The notes below the pieces were generated by a model. That model searched no databases. It had not been told where the DNA came from and saw only the letters and a program-made list of their open reading frames with translations. Made by a program: the position numbers and the translations under genes. A stretch of DNA of 64,000 nt from Eledone cirrhosa. Lineage: Eukaryota. The stretch lies in contig OZ024755.1 in assembly GCA_964016885.1 (NCBI GenBank), positions 31,682,001-31,746,000 on the forward strand, in the 5' to 3' direction. Positions within the stretch are counted from its first letter, which is position 1. Every line of letters starts with the position of its first letter. Below, piece by piece: positions 61,489 to 64,000 of this stretch.

Positions 61489-61658
61489 TGACCAGGTAGA
61501 CCACATACTGTACTGTAACTAACCAGGTAGACCACATACTGTACTGTAACTGACCAGGTAGACCACACACTGGACTGTAAATGACCAGGTAGACCACACA
61601 CTGGACTGTAAATGACCAGGTAGACCACACACTGGACTGTAAATGACCAGGTAGACCA
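61489..61658. repeat. 31 bp minisatellite (tgaccaggtagaccacacactggactgtaaa), about 5.5 copies
   Basis: Seen directly in sequence. Confidence 0.9.
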
Positions 61659-62116
61659 AGTATACCATACATTTTAGCATGACACCAAAGCAAAATTGTT
61701 AAGTGTCAAGCAAAAAACCTGTATGAATTAAGTGAACTCTGACAGTAGCCAGCATAAAATACTGTGACAGCCAACATGAAATACTGTGACAGCCAGCATG
61801 AAATACTCTGCCACTCCAACATGAAATACTCTGGCACTCCTATTGTAGGATCCATTTATTTTATAATAAAAATATAAGAAATAAAGGTCTAAGAAATAAA
61901 ATATATTCCACAAGTGAAAAGGTATGGCTGTGTAGTTAAAGAGTTCAATTTGTAACTGCTTGGCTTTCAGGTCAATTCATGCTCTAATGTTCATTTATTG
62001 ATGTAACTGGTGTAGTACCTGTCAAAAATAACAAGTTATATTTCTTCTTCTTACAGAAACTCTTATTATTTGCAATTCAAGCCTTGTTCCATTTTCTTAT
62101 GTTTTGTCTTCTTTTT

Positions 62117-62330
62117 CTTATTATCCCAGCTCCACTCTTTCTCTCTCTTATTATCTCAGCTCCACTCTTTCTCTCTCTTATTATCTCAGCCCCACTCTTT
62201 CTCTTATTATCTCAGCTCCACTCTTTCTCTCTTATTATCTCAGCTCCACTCTTTCTCTCTCTTATTATCTCAGCTCCACCCTTTCTCTCTCTTATTATCT
62301 CAGCCCCACTCTTTCTCTCTCTTATTATTC
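62117..62330. repeat. ~30 bp minisatellite (ttattatctcagctccactctttctctctc), about 7 copies
   Basis: Seen directly in sequence. Confidence 0.9.
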
Positions 62331-62449
62331 ACAACTCAATTTCTTGCTTGTTTCTTCCTCTCTATCTTTCATCATCATTGTTTAATGTCCATCTTCCACG
62401 CTAGCATGGGTAGGACGGGTGACCCTTCTCAGTGAAGACATGTGGCTGT

Positions 62450-62930
62450 TGTGATCGAAAGCAAGAGGCTGAATTAAGTGCAAGAATTGCAGGAGTTGGT
62501 GCAGTAATGCACCAGCTTCAGCATTCAGTAATCAGAAGAAAGGAGTTAGGTGTAAAAGCCAAACTTGCTATCTTCAATTTGGTATTCGTGCCAACCCTTA
62601 CTTAAAGTCATGAATCTTGGGTAATGGCCGAAAGAATACGATTGCAAATATAAGTGGCCGAAATGGGGTTTATCCAAAGTGTCTTTGGAGTAACATTATT
62701 CAATAAAGTGTATAACTCAGAGAGCAGAATCACTCCAGGTAGTGCCTCTATTTCTCCGAATTGAGAGATCACAGGTCCGATACTATGGGCATGAGGTTAG
62801 AATGTCTCGGGGAAAGAATCACTGGACAGATTTTACGGGCAAAACAACCGACAGGAGACCCAAGAGTAGACCCCGAGCAAGATGGTTGGATAAAATCCAT
62901 GAACTGGTCTCACTTGTGCATCCAACTGGA
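62450..62930 (+). mobile_element. RTE-group LINE 3' fragment
   Basis: Remnants FVPTLT..HESW, RIERSQVRYYGH and RP.SRPRARWLD. Confidence 0.75.
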
Positions 62931-63767
62931 AGGTGTGTTTGAGGACTCTGCACCCATGACCCTCGCATAAATAAGTTGGTGAAGAAGTAGAAGACATGTG
63001 ACTTACATGTGTTCAGCTCACGATTGTAAGTTATCAATACACAATTGTCAAAGGTGTATTGCAACCTTGAACAAGACATTTTAATCCATGTTGCTCCAGT
63101 CCACTTGTTGCAGACTGTGTCATGCTGTCCTTGAGAATTACGTTAAGAGTACACGTGTGTGTAGAATACTCAACCATTTACACATTAATTTCATGAGTAG
63201 GCTGTTCCATTGTCTGCAAAACTCTTCACATTTTTATAATCATTATTTACCCTCACTTTTCTTTTTTCCTGTTTATTATTTAAAAAGATAGTCTCATTAT
63301 TGTATACTTCTGTTAATAAATATCTATTAAATAATTGGTAGCCGAGGTTAACTTTGCTTATCATCCTTATAGGGTCAATAAAATAAAATACCAGTAATGC
63401 ACTGGGGTTGATTTAATTGACTTTCTCCTCCCCAAAATTGCTGGCCTTGTGCCTAAATCCAAAACAAATATTTATTATATAATTGGAAATAAGGTAGAAT
63501 TGTGGTCTATTTAGAATAATTTCCACATAAAATCCATGAATAATTAATCTTCTTTTAAGCACATGGAATGGACTTTTGTGGTTTTTGATGAGTGTTCCAG
63601 TTGTTTGATCACCAGGATATGAAATTAACGTGGCTGAGTATTCCACAGAACCTTTAACATAGTTCTCAGGGAGATTCAGCATGACACAATATGTGAGAAG
63701 GATGGCCCTTTCAATCACCTATTTCTCTAGCTGAGTGGACTGGAGCAACATAAAATAAAATGTGTTT

Positions 63768-64000
63768 CCCAAGGACTGGATACACAGCCAGGGACCACCC
63801 AAACCATTAAACCTGCTCCCAAGGACTGGATACACAGCCAGGGACCACCCAAACCATTAAACCTGCTCCCAAGGAGTGGATACACAGCCAGGGACCACCC
63901 AAACCATTAAACCTGCTCCCAAGGACTGGATACACAGCTAGGGACCACCCAAACCATTAAACCTGCTCCCAAGGACTGGATACACAGCCAGGGACCACCC
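63768..64000. repeat. 50 bp minisatellite running off the window end
   Basis: cccaaggactggatacacagccagggaccacccaaaccattaaacctgct, more than 4.5 copies. Confidence 0.95.

Overview
This is AT-rich, repeat-dense eukaryotic genomic DNA. A mollusc, probably an octopus-like cephalopod, is inferred from the SINE/RTE content and (TA)n/(CA)n microsatellites. Three host genes are supported. (1) A TRAM1-like ER translocon protein on +, with 12 coding exons at 12123-36063; the first coding exon was not found. (2) A 3-coding-exon PMP22/claudin-superfamily tetraspan gene on - (41902-44840). (3) A KAT14/CSRP2BP acetyltransferase on - with an intronless CDS (56833-59337). The rest is RTE, CR1-group, Vingi-like, CRE-like and Penelope-like retroelements, a Helitron with both termini, a decayed mariner, TTAA (piggyBac-type) MITEs, tRNA-derived SINEs and many minisatellites. 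The most notable signal is a set of type I hammerhead ribozyme motifs read by eye: 7 complete copies plus 1 cut by the window edge, in about 4 families. They sit in short non-coding units between (TA)n tracts, and related fold-back palindromes occur nearby. All folds and alignments were done manually and are untested.
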